This document shows, one piece after another, positions 48,801 through 58,777 of a stretch of 64,000 nt of DNA (position 1 is its first letter; each line of letters begins with the position of its first letter). Location of the stretch: NCBI GenBank assembly GCA_000435275.1, contig FR883868.1:10665-74664 (forward strand), given 5' to 3'. This DNA comes from Clostridium sp. CAG:557. Lineage in GTDB: Bacteria; Bacillota; Clostridia; Oscillospirales; Acutalibacteraceae. Both the position numbers and the translations under genes were made by a program. The notes beneath the pieces were generated by a model. That model was given only the letters and a program-made list of their open reading frames with translations. It made no database searches and was not told where the DNA came from.

Positions 48801-50327
48801 TTATAGTTTTTCATTCATAGACGACAAATCTAAATAATTATATTTTTTCATAAATCCCTCTAAATTTTGCAAAATTAATTTTATTCCACCCACCTCATTA
48901 CTTTCAATATTTAAAGGCATCACAGGGTCATGAACACTCATCCTTAATAAAAGCCAACCATTTCCACTGGTTTTGTCAAAGGAAATTCGTATTCCTTCTT
49001 TATTGTCTGATGCAATTTTCCAGCCATTTCTATTCTGGGCATAAGTAAAAAGGTCATTTATTACTTTTTCACCGTAAATTTTAAAATTCTCACACAAAAT
49101 TTTAAGTCTAAATTCCACACTTTCGATCGGCTTTTTTAATTTATCCAAAATATCCGAAAAATTTTTGTCCTGTCGTCTCAAATTAACTAACTCAATCATA
49201 ATTTTTGTTACAAGATAAGCCCCATCATCTAAAAAATAATTTTCTCGCAACGCAGCATGACCTGATGTTTCTATCGCTAAAGGGCAGTTTATTCCTTGAG
49301 AGTTCAGTCGTTTTGCTTCATTTATAACATTTTTATAGCCACGTTTAAATCGGTCGTGCACCCCATGCAATTCACTTTCTATATAATCGTGAAGCCCATC
49401 AGAAGTAACTGAATCAGTAACAACAGTGCCACCAAAATTATTTTTAAGTGCTATCTTTGATGCAAGCGCAATCAAACTATTTTTGCAAATTTCATTTCCG
49501 TCACAATCCACCGCACCGGCCCTGTCTACATCTGTGTCAAAAATTAACCCTAAATCTGCATGATTTCTTAAAGTCGCTTCGATAATCGATTTTATCGCCG
49601 CTTTGTCTTCTGGATTTGGCATATGATTTGGAAAATTCCCATCAGGTTTCAAAAATTGGCTACCTGATATATCTGCACCTAGCGGTTTTAACACGTCTGT
49701 TGCATAAAACCCTCCAACGCCATTTCCAGCATCTACCACAATTTTAAGCCCCGAAAGCGGCTTACTTTCTTCTTTTTCTCCTATGCCGTCACAAATTATC
49801 TTTCTTAATCTTGCCGCATAAGTTTTCATGTAGTACACTTTTCTTACAAAAAGTCTATCTGCTTTTGAAAAATTAAACTTTTTTTCCGCTCCATTCAAAA
49901 TTTTTTCTATATCAGCTCCATCTAGCCCACCATTATTCGTAAAAAACTTCAATCCATTACGATTAAATGGATGATGGCTAGCAGTTATTTCAATTGCTGC
50001 ATCACAATTTAGGTCAATCGTTGTCATAAACATCGCAGGAGTCGATGATAAACCGCAATCAAAAATTTTTATTCCCAAAGTCGATAATGTTTTGACTAAA
50101 ACACTTTTTATTCTGCCTGCAGAAATTCTAGAGTCGTGGCCTATCGAAACAGATAGATTTTTAAAATTTTTATTTTTCTCTTGCGACAGCCAAACTGCAA
50201 ACGACGTCGCTATTTTTTCTAAAACGTCATCAGTTAAATTAATACTTTCGCCAGGGACGCCATCAATTGCAACTCCCCGTATGTCTGTCCCGCTTTTTAA
50301 TTTTAAAAAATCTTTATTCTCAGTCAT
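48801..50327 (-). CDS. phosphomannomutase/phosphoglucomutase family protein
   Basis: Alpha-D-phosphohexomutase motifs (TASHHPFNRNG phosphoserine loop; metal-binding DTDVDR; sugar-binding GHAALRE). Confidence 0.85.
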   Translation of the reverse strand: MTENKDFLKLKSGTDIRGVAIDGVPGESINLTDDVLEKIATSFAVWLSQEKNKNFKNLSVSIGHDSRISAGRIKSVLVKTLSTLGIKIFDCGLSSTPAMFMTTIDLNCDAAIEITASHHPFNRNGLKFFTNNGGLDGADIEKILNGAEKKFNFSKADRLFVRKVYYMKTYAARLRKIICDGIGEKEESKPLSGLKIVVDAGNGVGGFYATDVLKPLGADISGSQFLKPDGNFPNHMPNPEDKAAIKSIIEATLRNHADLGLIFDTDVDRAGAVDCDGNEICKNSLIALASKIALKNNFGGTVVTDSVTSDGLHDYIESELHGVHDRFKRGYKNVINEAKRLNSQGINCPLAIETSGHAALRENYFLDDGAYLVTKIMIELVNLRRQDKNFSDILDKLKKPIESVEFRLKILCENFKIYGEKVINDLFTYAQNRNGWKIASDNKEGIRISFDKTSGNGWLLLRMSVHDPVMPLNIESNEVGGIKLILQNLEGFMKKYNYLDLSSMNEKL

Positions 50328-50492
50328 TATCGGTACCTCAAAATTTTGCTAAAATTCTATTTTTTTATCATTTTTTTACTATTATAAAATAAAACTTATT
50401 AAAATTCCAGCCTTTTGTGCCGCTTCTTGAATTAATTGTGGCATTATCGTATAATAAATTTATAAAATTTATCAAAAAAAGGAAGAATAATT

Positions 50493-52064
50493 ATGAGCAA
50501 AAAAACTTTCTATATCACAACACCAATATATTATCCATCTGGTAATCCTCATCTTGGCCACAGCTATTGCACTGTTGCAACTGATGTCATGGCTAGATAC
50601 AAAAGATTGATGGGTTATGACGTTATGTTTTTAACCGGCACTGACGAGCATGGACAAAAAATAGAATTAAACGCGGCAAAAGAAAATATGCCACCTAAAG
50701 AATACGTCGATGAACTAGTTTCTAAATTTAGAAAACTCTGGGATATTATGGATATCTCTAACGACCGATATATACGCACTACAGATGATTATCACGTTAA
50801 AGCTGTGCAAAAAATATTTAAAAAACTTTATGATAAAGGTGAAATATATAAAGGAAATTATGAGGGTTGGTACTGCACTCCTTGTGAATCTTTTTGGACC
50901 GAAACTCAATTAGTAGATGAAAAATGTCCAGATTGTGGCAGAGAAGTCAAATTGACAAAAGAAGAAGCCTACTTTTTTAAATTATCAAAGTACTCTGATA
51001 AACTTTTAAAATTATATGAAGAACATCCAGAATTTTTGGAGCCAGAAAGCCGCCGCAACGAGATGATTAGCTTTATAAAAAGCGGTCTTACTGACCTTTG
51101 TGTAAGCCGAACCAGCTTTAGTTGGGGAATTCCGGTTGATTTTGACAACAAACACATCGTTTATGTATGGCTTGACGCTCTTACAAACTATATTACTGCT
51201 CTTGGATATGGTTCTGGTGATGACTCTGATTTCAAAAAATATTGGCCTGCTGATGTTCACTTTGTCGGCAAAGAAATTGTACGCTTTCATGCAATTATTT
51301 GGCCGGCAATACTTATGGCGCTCGATTTGCCTCTTCCTCACAAAATTTACGGGCATGGCTGGTTGCTTTTCGGTGATGGAACTAAGATGTCTAAATCTAA
51401 GGGCAATGTCGTTGATCCCAAAACTTTATGTGACAGATATGGTGTTGACGCTATAAAGTACTTTTTGATGCGTGAAATTCCATTCGGATCTGACAGTATT
51501 TTCACAAACGAAGCGTTGATTAACAGAATAAACTCAGATTTAGCAAATGACCTCGGGAACCTTGTTTCTAGGACTACTGCTATGGTTGAAAAATACTTTT
51601 CTGGAAATTTACCTGGAAAATTGGAAAGTGACGACATCGACAATGAATTAATTTTATTAACAACATCTTTACGAAAAAAATATGAAAATCATATGGAAAA
51701 ATTCCAGTTTTCATGCGCACTCGCAGAAGTATGGAAAGTTATCGCTCGTGCAAACAAATATATTGATGAAACCATGCCTTGGGCACTCAGTCATGACCCA
51801 GAAAAAACAAGTCGGTTGGCCTGCGTTTTATATAATTTATGTGAAGTTTTACGCATTGTTGCAATTTTGATTACGCCATTTATGCCAAATACTTCACCGC
51901 TAATTGCAGAACAAATTGGTGCCAGTGGCAATATGCTCACTTGGTGCAAGGCGGACAAATGGGGATTACTTTCACAAAATGCAAAAATAAAAAAAGGTGC
52001 TGTGCTTTTCCCTCGAATCGACGCTCAAAAAGAACTGGAAGAATTAAATAAATGTGTCAAATAG
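50493..52064 (+). CDS. metG: methionyl-tRNA synthetase (short form, no C-terminal tRNA-binding domain)
   Basis: HIGH-type motif (PSGNPHLGHSY), zinc knuckle CxxC...CxxC and KMSKS. Confidence 0.93.
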   Translation: MSKKTFYITTPIYYPSGNPHLGHSYCTVATDVMARYKRLMGYDVMFLTGTDEHGQKIELNAAKENMPPKEYVDELVSKFRKLWDIMDISNDRYIRTTDDYHVKAVQKIFKKLYDKGEIYKGNYEGWYCTPCESFWTETQLVDEKCPDCGREVKLTKEEAYFFKLSKYSDKLLKLYEEHPEFLEPESRRNEMISFIKSGLTDLCVSRTSFSWGIPVDFDNKHIVYVWLDALTNYITALGYGSGDDSDFKKYWPADVHFVGKEIVRFHAIIWPAILMALDLPLPHKIYGHGWLLFGDGTKMSKSKGNVVDPKTLCDRYGVDAIKYFLMREIPFGSDSIFTNEALINRINSDLANDLGNLVSRTTAMVEKYFSGNLPGKLESDDIDNELILLTTSLRKKYENHMEKFQFSCALAEVWKVIARANKYIDETMPWALSHDPEKTSRLACVLYNLCEVLRIVAILITPFMPNTSPLIAEQIGASGNMLTWCKADKWGLLSQNAKIKKGAVLFPRIDAQKELEELNKCVK

Positions 52065-52078
52065 GAGGTACTCATGCT

Positions 52079-52834
52079 ATGATTTTTGACTCGCACGCTC
52101 ATTATGATGACAAGGCTTTTGAAGCCGACCGCGATGAGTTGCTTTCTAAACTTTTTGCAACCGATGTCTGTGGAATAATTAATGTTGGCTGCAATATGGA
52201 AACTTCAAAATTATCTGTTGAGCTTGCTCAGAAATATCCACTAATCTGGTCTTCTGTGGGTATTCACCCTCACGAAACCGAAAATATCCCGGAGAATTAC
52301 CTAGACACTTTAGCGGCATATCTTAACCACAGAAAAACTGTTGCAATTGGAGAAATTGGCCTTGACTATCATTATGATTTCTCCTCACGCGAAGCTCAAA
52401 AAATGTTATTTGAAGAACAGCTAAGTCTTGCTAAAGAACTAGATGTCCCGGTAATAATTCATGACAGAGAAGCTCACGCTGACACACTTGAACTCTTAAA
52501 AAAATATCGCCCCAAGGGTGTTGTGCATTGCTTTTCTGGTAGTGTCGAAATGTCCGAAGAAATTATAAAATTGGGGATGTATATTGGTCTTGGTGGTGCT
52601 GTCACTTTTAAAAATGCAAAAAATCCAATGTTCGTTGCAAAAGCTGCGCCACTAGACCGGATTTTGCTCGAAACAGACTGCCCATACATGGCACCTGTCC
52701 CTCATCGCGGCACTCGTTGCGACTCCAGTATGATAAAGTTTACTGCAGAAAAAATAGCCATTGAACGTGGTATTTCCGCAGACGAACTTTTTAAAGCAAC
52801 AAATGAAAACGCACAGCAACTCTTTTTTAATTAA
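52079..52834 (+). CDS. tatD: TatD-family metal-dependent DNase/hydrolase
   Basis: MIFDSHAHYDD... TatD/YabD signature. ATG 52079 lies 9 nt after AGGAGG. Conserved metG-tatD order. Confidence 0.88.
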   Translation: MIFDSHAHYDDKAFEADRDELLSKLFATDVCGIINVGCNMETSKLSVELAQKYPLIWSSVGIHPHETENIPENYLDTLAAYLNHRKTVAIGEIGLDYHYDFSSREAQKMLFEEQLSLAKELDVPVIIHDREAHADTLELLKKYRPKGVVHCFSGSVEMSEEIIKLGMYIGLGGAVTFKNAKNPMFVAKAAPLDRILLETDCPYMAPVPHRGTRCDSSMIKFTAEKIAIERGISADELFKATNENAQQLFFN

Positions 52835-52941
52835 TTTCTAAATTACAAAAATATATAGAGCTTTTACTAAATCACTTTGATTCGAATTATTCACAGCTTT
52901 TCCACATAGAATTAATAAAAAATATATGTGGAGGCCAAAAA

Positions 52942-54303
52942 GTGAACCAATTTTTAAATTATGTTGAAAAAATAAATAATATAATAAACTCAATTGTGTG
53001 GGGCCCACCCATGTTGATTTTAATCACAATTGTCGGCTTACAATTTAGTTTAAGATTAAAATTCTTTCAAATCACTCATGCTAAATTATGGTTAAAACAA
53101 ACTTTTGGAACAATTTTTAATTTTAAAAAATTAAAAGGTAAAAAAAATGAAATAACTTCATTTCAAGCTGTTAGCACTGCTTTGGCAAGCGCCATCGGTA
53201 CTGGGAATGTCGTCGGTGTTGCAACTGCAATAACTTTAGGAGGGCCTGGTGCCGTTTTTTGGATGTGGATTGCAGCTTTTTTAGGAATGATGACAATTTT
53301 TGCCGAAAATATCCTTGGTATAAAATATCGAAAAATCGGGCAAAAAGGAGAAAATATCGGCGGTCCTATGTATTACATTGAAAAAGGGCTAGGTCAACGA
53401 TGGTTAGCATGTTTTTTTGCGTTTGCGTGCATTTTAGCATCATTTGGAATGGGCAACATGACTCAAGCAAATTCTATTGCCATATCACTTAAAAAAAGCT
53501 TTAAATTTTCGCCTGCTATAACTGGTATTGTAATTGCACTGCTTATAAGCTTTATCATTTTCGGTGGAATAACTAGAATTTCAAAAGTAAGCGAAAAAAT
53601 TGTTCCTTTTATGGCTTTATTTTACATTTTCGGCGGCTTAATAGTGATATTTTCTCACATAACTAATTTACCAAAAGCTATTTTTAATATAATTTCCGGC
53701 GCTTTTAATTTTAACGCTGTATCCGGCGGTACTGGTGGATTTGTGGTTGCAAATGCAATAAAATATGGTATCTCTCGCGGAGTTTTTTCAAATGAAGCCG
53801 GGCTTGGAAGTTCACCTATTGTCCACTCCGCTAGCAACGAAACTGAACCAGTTGTTCAAGGAATGTGGGGGATTTTTCAAGTTTTCGTCGACACAATTTT
53901 GGTTTGCAGTGTTACAGCTCTTTGCATATTAACCTCCGGAGTTTTGCCAGAGGACAAAGACGGTGCTTTACTTAGCGTGCAGGCTTTTAGTTCTACATTT
54001 GGGAATTTTGGTGAAATTTTTGTAACCATATCGATAACATTATTTGCTTTCGCTACAATTATAGGGTGGTCTTATTACGGAGAGCGTTGTGTGGAATATT
54101 TATTTGGTAAAAAAAATTTATTGGTTTATAAGGCCGTGTATATTCTTTTCACTTTGTTTGGCTCTGTAATGAAGTTGGACTTAGTTTGGAACATCTCTGA
54201 CACATTTAACGGATTAATGGCCGTTCCAAACTTAATCGCTTTAATATTTTTGTCAGGGCAAGTTGTAAAAGAAGCCAAACGATATTTGAACAAAATAACT
54301 TAA
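52942..54303 (+). CDS. alanine/glycine:cation symporter (AGCS family)
   Basis: ~11 transmembrane helices with the AGCS signature region (SFQAVSTALAS.IGTGNVVGVATAI..GGPGA.FWMW). GTG start after GGAGG. Confidence 0.85.
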   Translation: MNQFLNYVEKINNIINSIVWGPPMLILITIVGLQFSLRLKFFQITHAKLWLKQTFGTIFNFKKLKGKKNEITSFQAVSTALASAIGTGNVVGVATAITLGGPGAVFWMWIAAFLGMMTIFAENILGIKYRKIGQKGENIGGPMYYIEKGLGQRWLACFFAFACILASFGMGNMTQANSIAISLKKSFKFSPAITGIVIALLISFIIFGGITRISKVSEKIVPFMALFYIFGGLIVIFSHITNLPKAIFNIISGAFNFNAVSGGTGGFVVANAIKYGISRGVFSNEAGLGSSPIVHSASNETEPVVQGMWGIFQVFVDTILVCSVTALCILTSGVLPEDKDGALLSVQAFSSTFGNFGEIFVTISITLFAFATIIGWSYYGERCVEYLFGKKNLLVYKAVYILFTLFGSVMKLDLVWNISDTFNGLMAVPNLIALIFLSGQVVKEAKRYLNKIT

Positions 54304-54360
54304 CAGATTAGAGTAGATTTTTTAACATAAATCCGTTATAAATTCAACAATAAACGAAAA

Positions 54361-54399
54361 ATAAGCAACCAGAAATTATTTCTGATTGCTTATTTTTAT
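54361..54399. terminator. bidirectional terminator between the AGCS symporter gene and rplA
   Basis: Long hairpin ATAAGCAACCAGAAAT/ATTTCTGATTGCTTAT flanked by T-runs on both strands. Confidence 0.6.
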
Positions 54400-55091
54400 A
54401 AACCGACTTTATTCGGATTTAATCTAATTCCAGGTCCCATAGTCGTTGAAACCACACAAGATTTGATATATTGACCTTTTGCAGCGGCAGGTTTTGCTTT
54501 AACAATCGCACCGAGCAAGGCATCAAAATTTTCGAGTAATTTTTCTTTGCCAAAAGAAGCTTTTCCAATTGGGCAGTGAATAATGTTAGTTTTATCCAAG
54601 CGATACTCAATCTTACCAGCTTTTGCCTCTTTAACTGCTTTAGCGATATCTGTAGTAACTGTACCAGCTTTTGGGTTTGGCATAAGCCCTCTCGGGCCTA
54701 AAACTTTACCCAACCGACCAACCAAACCCATCATATCTGGAGTTGTGATGAGAACATCAAAATCCATCCAACCTTCATTTTGAATTTTCGTGGTCATTTC
54801 CTCAGCGCCAACAAAATCAGCGCCGGCTTGTTCTGCCAATTTTACGTTATCACCTTTGCAGATTGCAAGAACCTTAACTTTTTTGCCGGTACCATTTGGC
54901 AAAACAATTGCACCGCGCACTTGTTGATCTGCGTGACGAGAATCAACGCCTAATTTTACATGAACTTCTACGGTTTCGTCAAATTTAGCAGTAGCCGTTC
55001 TGACACAAATATCCATAGCTTCATCGTTTTCATATAACTTTGTTTTGTCGATAAGTTTAGCACTATCGACATATTTTTTACCGTGTTTCAT
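54396..55091 (-). CDS. rplA: 50S ribosomal protein L1
   Basis: Full-length L1 similarity. nusG-rplK-rplA order. Confidence 0.95.
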   Translation of the reverse strand: MKHGKKYVDSAKLIDKTKLYENDEAMDICVRTATAKFDETVEVHVKLGVDSRHADQQVRGAIVLPNGTGKKVKVLAICKGDNVKLAEQAGADFVGAEEMTTKIQNEGWMDFDVLITTPDMMGLVGRLGKVLGPRGLMPNPKAGTVTTDIAKAVKEAKAGKIEYRLDKTNIIHCPIGKASFGKEKLLENFDALLGAIVKAKPAAAKGQYIKSCVVSTTMGPGIRLNPNKVGL

Positions 55092-55148
55092 TGGTTTTCC
55101 TCCCTATTGAGTGGTAAAATCGGATTATTTCCTCCCACCCGGGTTAAA

Positions 55149-55574
55149 TCAATCGATTACTTCTATACCCATGCTGCGCGCCGTTCCAGCAATCATACTC
55201 ATTGCCGTATCGACATTAGCTGCATTTAAATCTGGCATCTTTTGTTCAGCAATCTTCTTGACCTGTTCGCGGGTAATTTTAGCAACCTTGTTTTTATTCG
55301 GAACGCCAGAACCGCTTTCTATGCCGCAAGCCTTTTTGATAAGAACTGCAGCCGGTGGCGTTTTGGTCACAAAAGTAAATGAACGGTCAGCGTAAACCGT
55401 AATAACAACAGGAATAATCAAACCTGCGTCATTTTTTGTGCGCTCATTAAATTCCTTAGTGAACGCCATGATGTTGACACCATGCTGACCTAATGCCGGG
55501 CCTACAGGCGGCGCCGGAGTTGCCTTGCCAGCAGGAATCTGAAGCTTAATAAAGCCGGTGACTTTTTGAGCCAT
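55149..55574 (-). CDS. rplK: 50S ribosomal protein L11
   Basis: [37 protein letters not shown]11 signature. ATG 55574 follows GGAGGTG. Confidence 0.95.
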   Translation of the reverse strand: MAQKVTGFIKLQIPAGKATPAPPVGPALGQHGVNIMAFTKEFNERTKNDAGLIIPVVITVYADRSFTFVTKTPPAAVLIKKACGIESGSGVPNKNKVAKITREQVKKIAEQKMPDLNAANVDTAMSMIAGTARSMGIEVID

Positions 55575-55699
55575 TTTTTGCACCTCCAAAATTAGTGGTA
55601 AAACGCGGAACCAATTAAAAATTTAGTAGTTCCTCCCACATTGGGGCAATCAAGCCCCGCGCAATAAATAACACTTAAGTTACTCATTACAAAAAGAAA

Positions 55700-56221
55700 T
55701 TAATCCAAGAGTTCAACTTGAGATAATTCAAGTTCTACAGGCGTGTTGCGCCCAAACATATTAACTAGAACCCGCACATAATTGTTTTCGGTATCGAGTT
55801 CTTCAACAGTACCAACACTGTCTTCAAGCGGACCGTCTATGATGATAACCTTGTCGCCTACATTGTAAGAAACTTCCACAATATTTTTTTCAACACCAAG
55901 CCGTTTAACTTCCTCATCGGTTAAAGGAATCGGCTTAGAAGATGGGCCCACAAAACCAGTACAACCGCGAATATTCCGCACAATATACCAAGTTTCATCC
56001 GTAAGCACCATTTTTATGATAACATAACCAGGAAATATCTTACGCTCGACATCACGTTTTTTATTATCTTTAATCTCAGTGACGGTTTCTGTCGGCACAA
56101 AAACTTCTTGAATCAAATCGCGAAGTCCTCGATTTTCGACAGTTTTTTCAAGATTTGATGCAACCTTATTCTCATACCCTGAGTAAGTATGCACAATGTA
56201 CCATTTAGCTTCTTCTGGCAT
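55700..56221 (-). CDS. nusG: transcription termination/antitermination factor NusG
   Basis: NGN domain (KWYIVHTYSGYENKV) plus C-terminal KOW (GDKVIIIDGPL). Confidence 0.95.
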   Translation of the reverse strand: MPEEAKWYIVHTYSGYENKVASNLEKTVENRGLRDLIQEVFVPTETVTEIKDNKKRDVERKIFPGYVIIKMVLTDETWYIVRNIRGCTGFVGPSSKPIPLTDEEVKRLGVEKNIVEVSYNVGDKVIIIDGPLEDSVGTVEELDTENNYVRVLVNMFGRNTPVELELSQVELLD

Positions 56222-56239
56222 AGTTTCCCTCCGAGCGAA

Positions 56240-56470
56240 TTAATTGGCAATATGCATTATAGTACCAAGAAGTCCAGTTAAGCCAAAGTCCAAAGCACCA
56301 ATAAAAACCGCGCTAATTATTATTGAAGATAAAACCACGCCAGTATTTTTAAAAGTAACTTTAATAGTTGGCCAAACTATTTTTTTCATTTCGCTTTTAC
56401 AATCAGTGAAAAACTTACCGATTCTTTGAATGATATTGGGTTTTTTCTCAGCATTTTTCTTTTTTGCCAT
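56240..56470 (-). CDS. secE: preprotein translocase subunit SecE
   Basis: 76 aa with a single C-terminal transmembrane segment and the conserved KVVWP-like motif (KKIVWPT). Position upstream of nusG. Confidence 0.88.
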   Translation of the reverse strand: MAKKKNAEKKPNIIQRIGKFFTDCKSEMKKIVWPTIKVTFKNTGVVLSSIIISAVFIGALDFGLTGLLGTIMHIAN

Positions 56471-56495
56471 AAAATTTTACCCCTCTTTGTCAAAA

Positions 56496-56645
56496 TTACT
56501 TTGTTTCTTTATGCAAAGTATGTTTCTTACAGAACCTGCAGTACTTGTTCATTTCAAGCCTGTCAGGATCATTCTTTTTATTTTTCATTGTGTTGTAGTT
56601 GCGTTGTTTGCACTCAGTGCAGGCTAATGTAATTTTTACTCGCAT
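56496..56645 (-). CDS. rpmG: 50S ribosomal protein L33 (not in ORF track, 49 aa)
   Basis: Manual translation of the minus strand gives [49 protein letters not shown], with two CxxC pairs. GGAGG RBS. Conserved rpmG-secE-nusG order. Confidence 0.9.
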   Translation of the reverse strand: MRVKITLACTECKQRNYNTMKNKKNDPDRLEMNKYCRFCKKHTLHKETK

Positions 56646-56725
56646 GACGGCACCTCCCGGAATATCGGAAATTTTTAGCCTCCCTCTAAAGAGTACAAAA
56701 ATAAAGTCCTCCTAGAGGTAACCAT

Positions 56726-56755
56726 ACTATACCACAAAACCCAGCAATTCGTCAA
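56726..56755 (-). promoter_or_regulatory. sigma-A promoter for the rpmG-secE-nusG-rplK-rplA operon (TTGACG-18-TGgTATAGT)
   Basis: rc of 56750-56755 = TTGACG. rc of 56726-56731 = TATAGT with upstream TG. Confidence 0.5.
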
Positions 56756-56765
56756 GCACAAATTG

Positions 56766-57599
56766 CTAATTTTTTTGCTGAGCTTGAGCAGCGCTTAAAG
56801 TGTCGGAAATAAACGTGCGTTTTTTCTTAATTTTTTCAGGTTTTATTTTTTTGCCTCTAAGCTTAAAAGCTTCTTTCATAGCAGCTTTTAAATCTTCGCT
56901 AACTGTATTTTCAATATTCTCGCGCGCAGTTGTGTCATCAATAGAATTTAAAAATACAATGGTTATTATGGCTTTAGTGTCGAGGTCACCGGATGCGTAT
57001 AAATTGCTAAAAACCGTACACAATTTTTTGAATTTATCTTTAGGCATTCCACTTGTTAAAGTTTCTTTTACGAATAGCATAGCTTTTTCTCGAGCAAAAA
57101 TTACTCCTCTAAAATTTTCATAATTCTCTTTTTCTTCCAAAACTGCATCCTTAAGCTCCGGAAAAATATTTGCGATTCGGTTCATTAAGAAAAGTGGGTT
57201 TACATTATTCTCATCATCAGATTTTTTCTTTTTCTGGGCCATTTTTTTATTTGCGCGCCTGCTTATCCCGCCAAGTGTTTCTGCAAAATCAGCGGCAATA
57301 TCTTTGGCCTCCTTTTCAGTGTCATTTTGCGGGTCAAAAAGCCATGTTGACAAAATTTTTTCCGCAGTTACTTCATTATTTTTTAACGAACAGTCAATTA
57401 ACTCAAACTTATTTTTAGTTTCGTCAAAACTAACCTTGTAACCATCTGATTCTTTGACAAATAAAATGGTATTTTCACTATTACTAATTTTGCTAAAGCC
57501 TTTTTTTATCAGAATTTCACTCAATTTTTCATCTATAATTTTAAATGCTTTACCTATCAAATCATTCACTCCTAACGTTTTATAAAAATATTTTAACAC
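56766..57599 (-). CDS. hypothetical two-domain protein with Lys-rich linker and basic C-terminal tail
   Basis: 277-aa ORF with no recognisable motifs. It occupies the position upstream of rpmG where sigH normally lies. It is followed by a hairpin overlapping its stop codon. Start codon uncertain. Confidence 0.5.
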   Translation of the reverse strand: MLKYFYKTLGVNDLIGKAFKIIDEKLSEILIKKGFSKISNSENTILFVKESDGYKVSFDETKNKFELIDCSLKNNEVTAEKILSTWLFDPQNDTEKEAKDIAADFAETLGGISRRANKKMAQKKKKSDDENNVNPLFLMNRIANIFPELKDAVLEEKENYENFRGVIFAREKAMLFVKETLTSGMPKDKFKKLCTVFSNLYASGDLDTKAIITIVFLNSIDDTTARENIENTVSEDLKAAMKEAFKLRGKKIKPEKIKKKRTFISDTLSAAQAQQKN

Positions 57600-57699
57600 A
57601 TTTTTCTAATGTTTGTCATCAATAATTAAAAAATTCTCAAATAAAATTTGCACCCATTGCAACAATATGGTAATATTACTTATTATAGGAGGTTTTTTT

Positions 57700-58770
57700 A
57701 TGAAAAAAAAAGTAATTGCTATTTTATTCGGCGGCGCTTCATCTGAACACGAGGTTTCTAGACGTTCTGCTACATCGATAATAGAAAATATCGCTAAAGA
57801 AAAATATGAAATTGTATTAATCGGAATCACAAAAAAAGGCGAATGGTTTCAATATGTTGGTGACATCTCTAAAATCTCTGATGGAGAATGGGAAAACGAT
57901 ACAAAAAACAAGAAAAAAGCGTTTATTTCTCCCGACACTTCAACTGGCGGCATTATTGTGATTGAAAATGATACGTTTTCTACCATAAAAATCGATGCTG
58001 TAATTCCAGTTTTGCACGGAAAAAATGGCGAAGACGGTACAATTCAAGGGTTACTTCAACTCGCAAAAATTCCATTTGTGGGCTGCAATTTATTATCATC
58101 AGCTACTTGCATGGACAAAATTGACACGAATATTATTTTAACTTATTCTGGAATCAAAAAAGCTAAATTTGCATTTATTACAGAAAATGATTTTAAAAAT
58201 GATAAAGAAAAGTGCGTTAATTATATCGAAAAAACTTTGACTAATTATCCGCTATTCGTTAAACCTTCAAATGCAGGTTCTTCTGTGGGCATAAGCAAGG
58301 TTTTCTCTCGCGACGAGCTGATCAAAGCAATTAATACTGCTCTTTGCGAGGATAGCCGCGTATTAATCGAAGAAAACATTTCCGCTCAGGAAGTTGAATG
58401 TGCGGTTTTGGGCAACGAAAATCCTATTGCCTCTATCGTTGGTGAAATCGCTCCTGCTAACGATTTTTATGACTACGAGGCAAAATACATCAACGACAAC
58501 TCTAAACTTTATATCCCAGCACGCATCAGCGATGAAATTTCTGAAAAAATTCGCGAAATAGCAAAAAAAGCATACAAAGTTATGGGGTGCAGTGGCCTTT
58601 GCAGAATAGATTTTTTTGTTGAGAAAGATACTAACGAAATTTACTTAAACGAACTTAACACTTTTCCTGGCTTTACCTCAATAAGCATGTATCCAAAATT
58701 ATTTGAAAACACCGGCATACCGTATTCTGAGCTGATTGACAGGCTAATTAGCCTCGCTTTTGAGAGGTAA
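57700..58770 (+). CDS. ddl: D-alanine--D-alanine ligase
   Basis: MKKKVIAILFGGASSEHEVS N-terminus and ATP-grasp motifs. ATG 57700 follows AGGAGG. The ORF-track start at 57613 was rejected. Confidence 0.93.
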   Translation: MKKKVIAILFGGASSEHEVSRRSATSIIENIAKEKYEIVLIGITKKGEWFQYVGDISKISDGEWENDTKNKKKAFISPDTSTGGIIVIENDTFSTIKIDAVIPVLHGKNGEDGTIQGLLQLAKIPFVGCNLLSSATCMDKIDTNIILTYSGIKKAKFAFITENDFKNDKEKCVNYIEKTLTNYPLFVKPSNAGSSVGISKVFSRDELIKAINTALCEDSRVLIEENISAQEVECAVLGNENPIASIVGEIAPANDFYDYEAKYINDNSKLYIPARISDEISEKIREIAKKAYKVMGCSGLCRIDFFVEKDTNEIYLNELNTFPGFTSISMYPKLFENTGIPYSELIDRLISLAFER

Positions 58771-58777
58771 ATTTTGA

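Noticed and set aside
50328-50492. T-box leader upstream of metG
   Set aside because: The intergenic region is only 165 nt with a promoter (TTGAAT-17-TATAAT) ~60 nt from the ATG. There is no specifier/T-box sequence.
57571-57599. Alternative GTG start (57573) for the 277-aa hypothetical protein
   Set aside because: GTG abuts the AGGAG directly (no spacer). The ATG at 57599 was kept but it lacks a convincing RBS, so the start remains uncertain.
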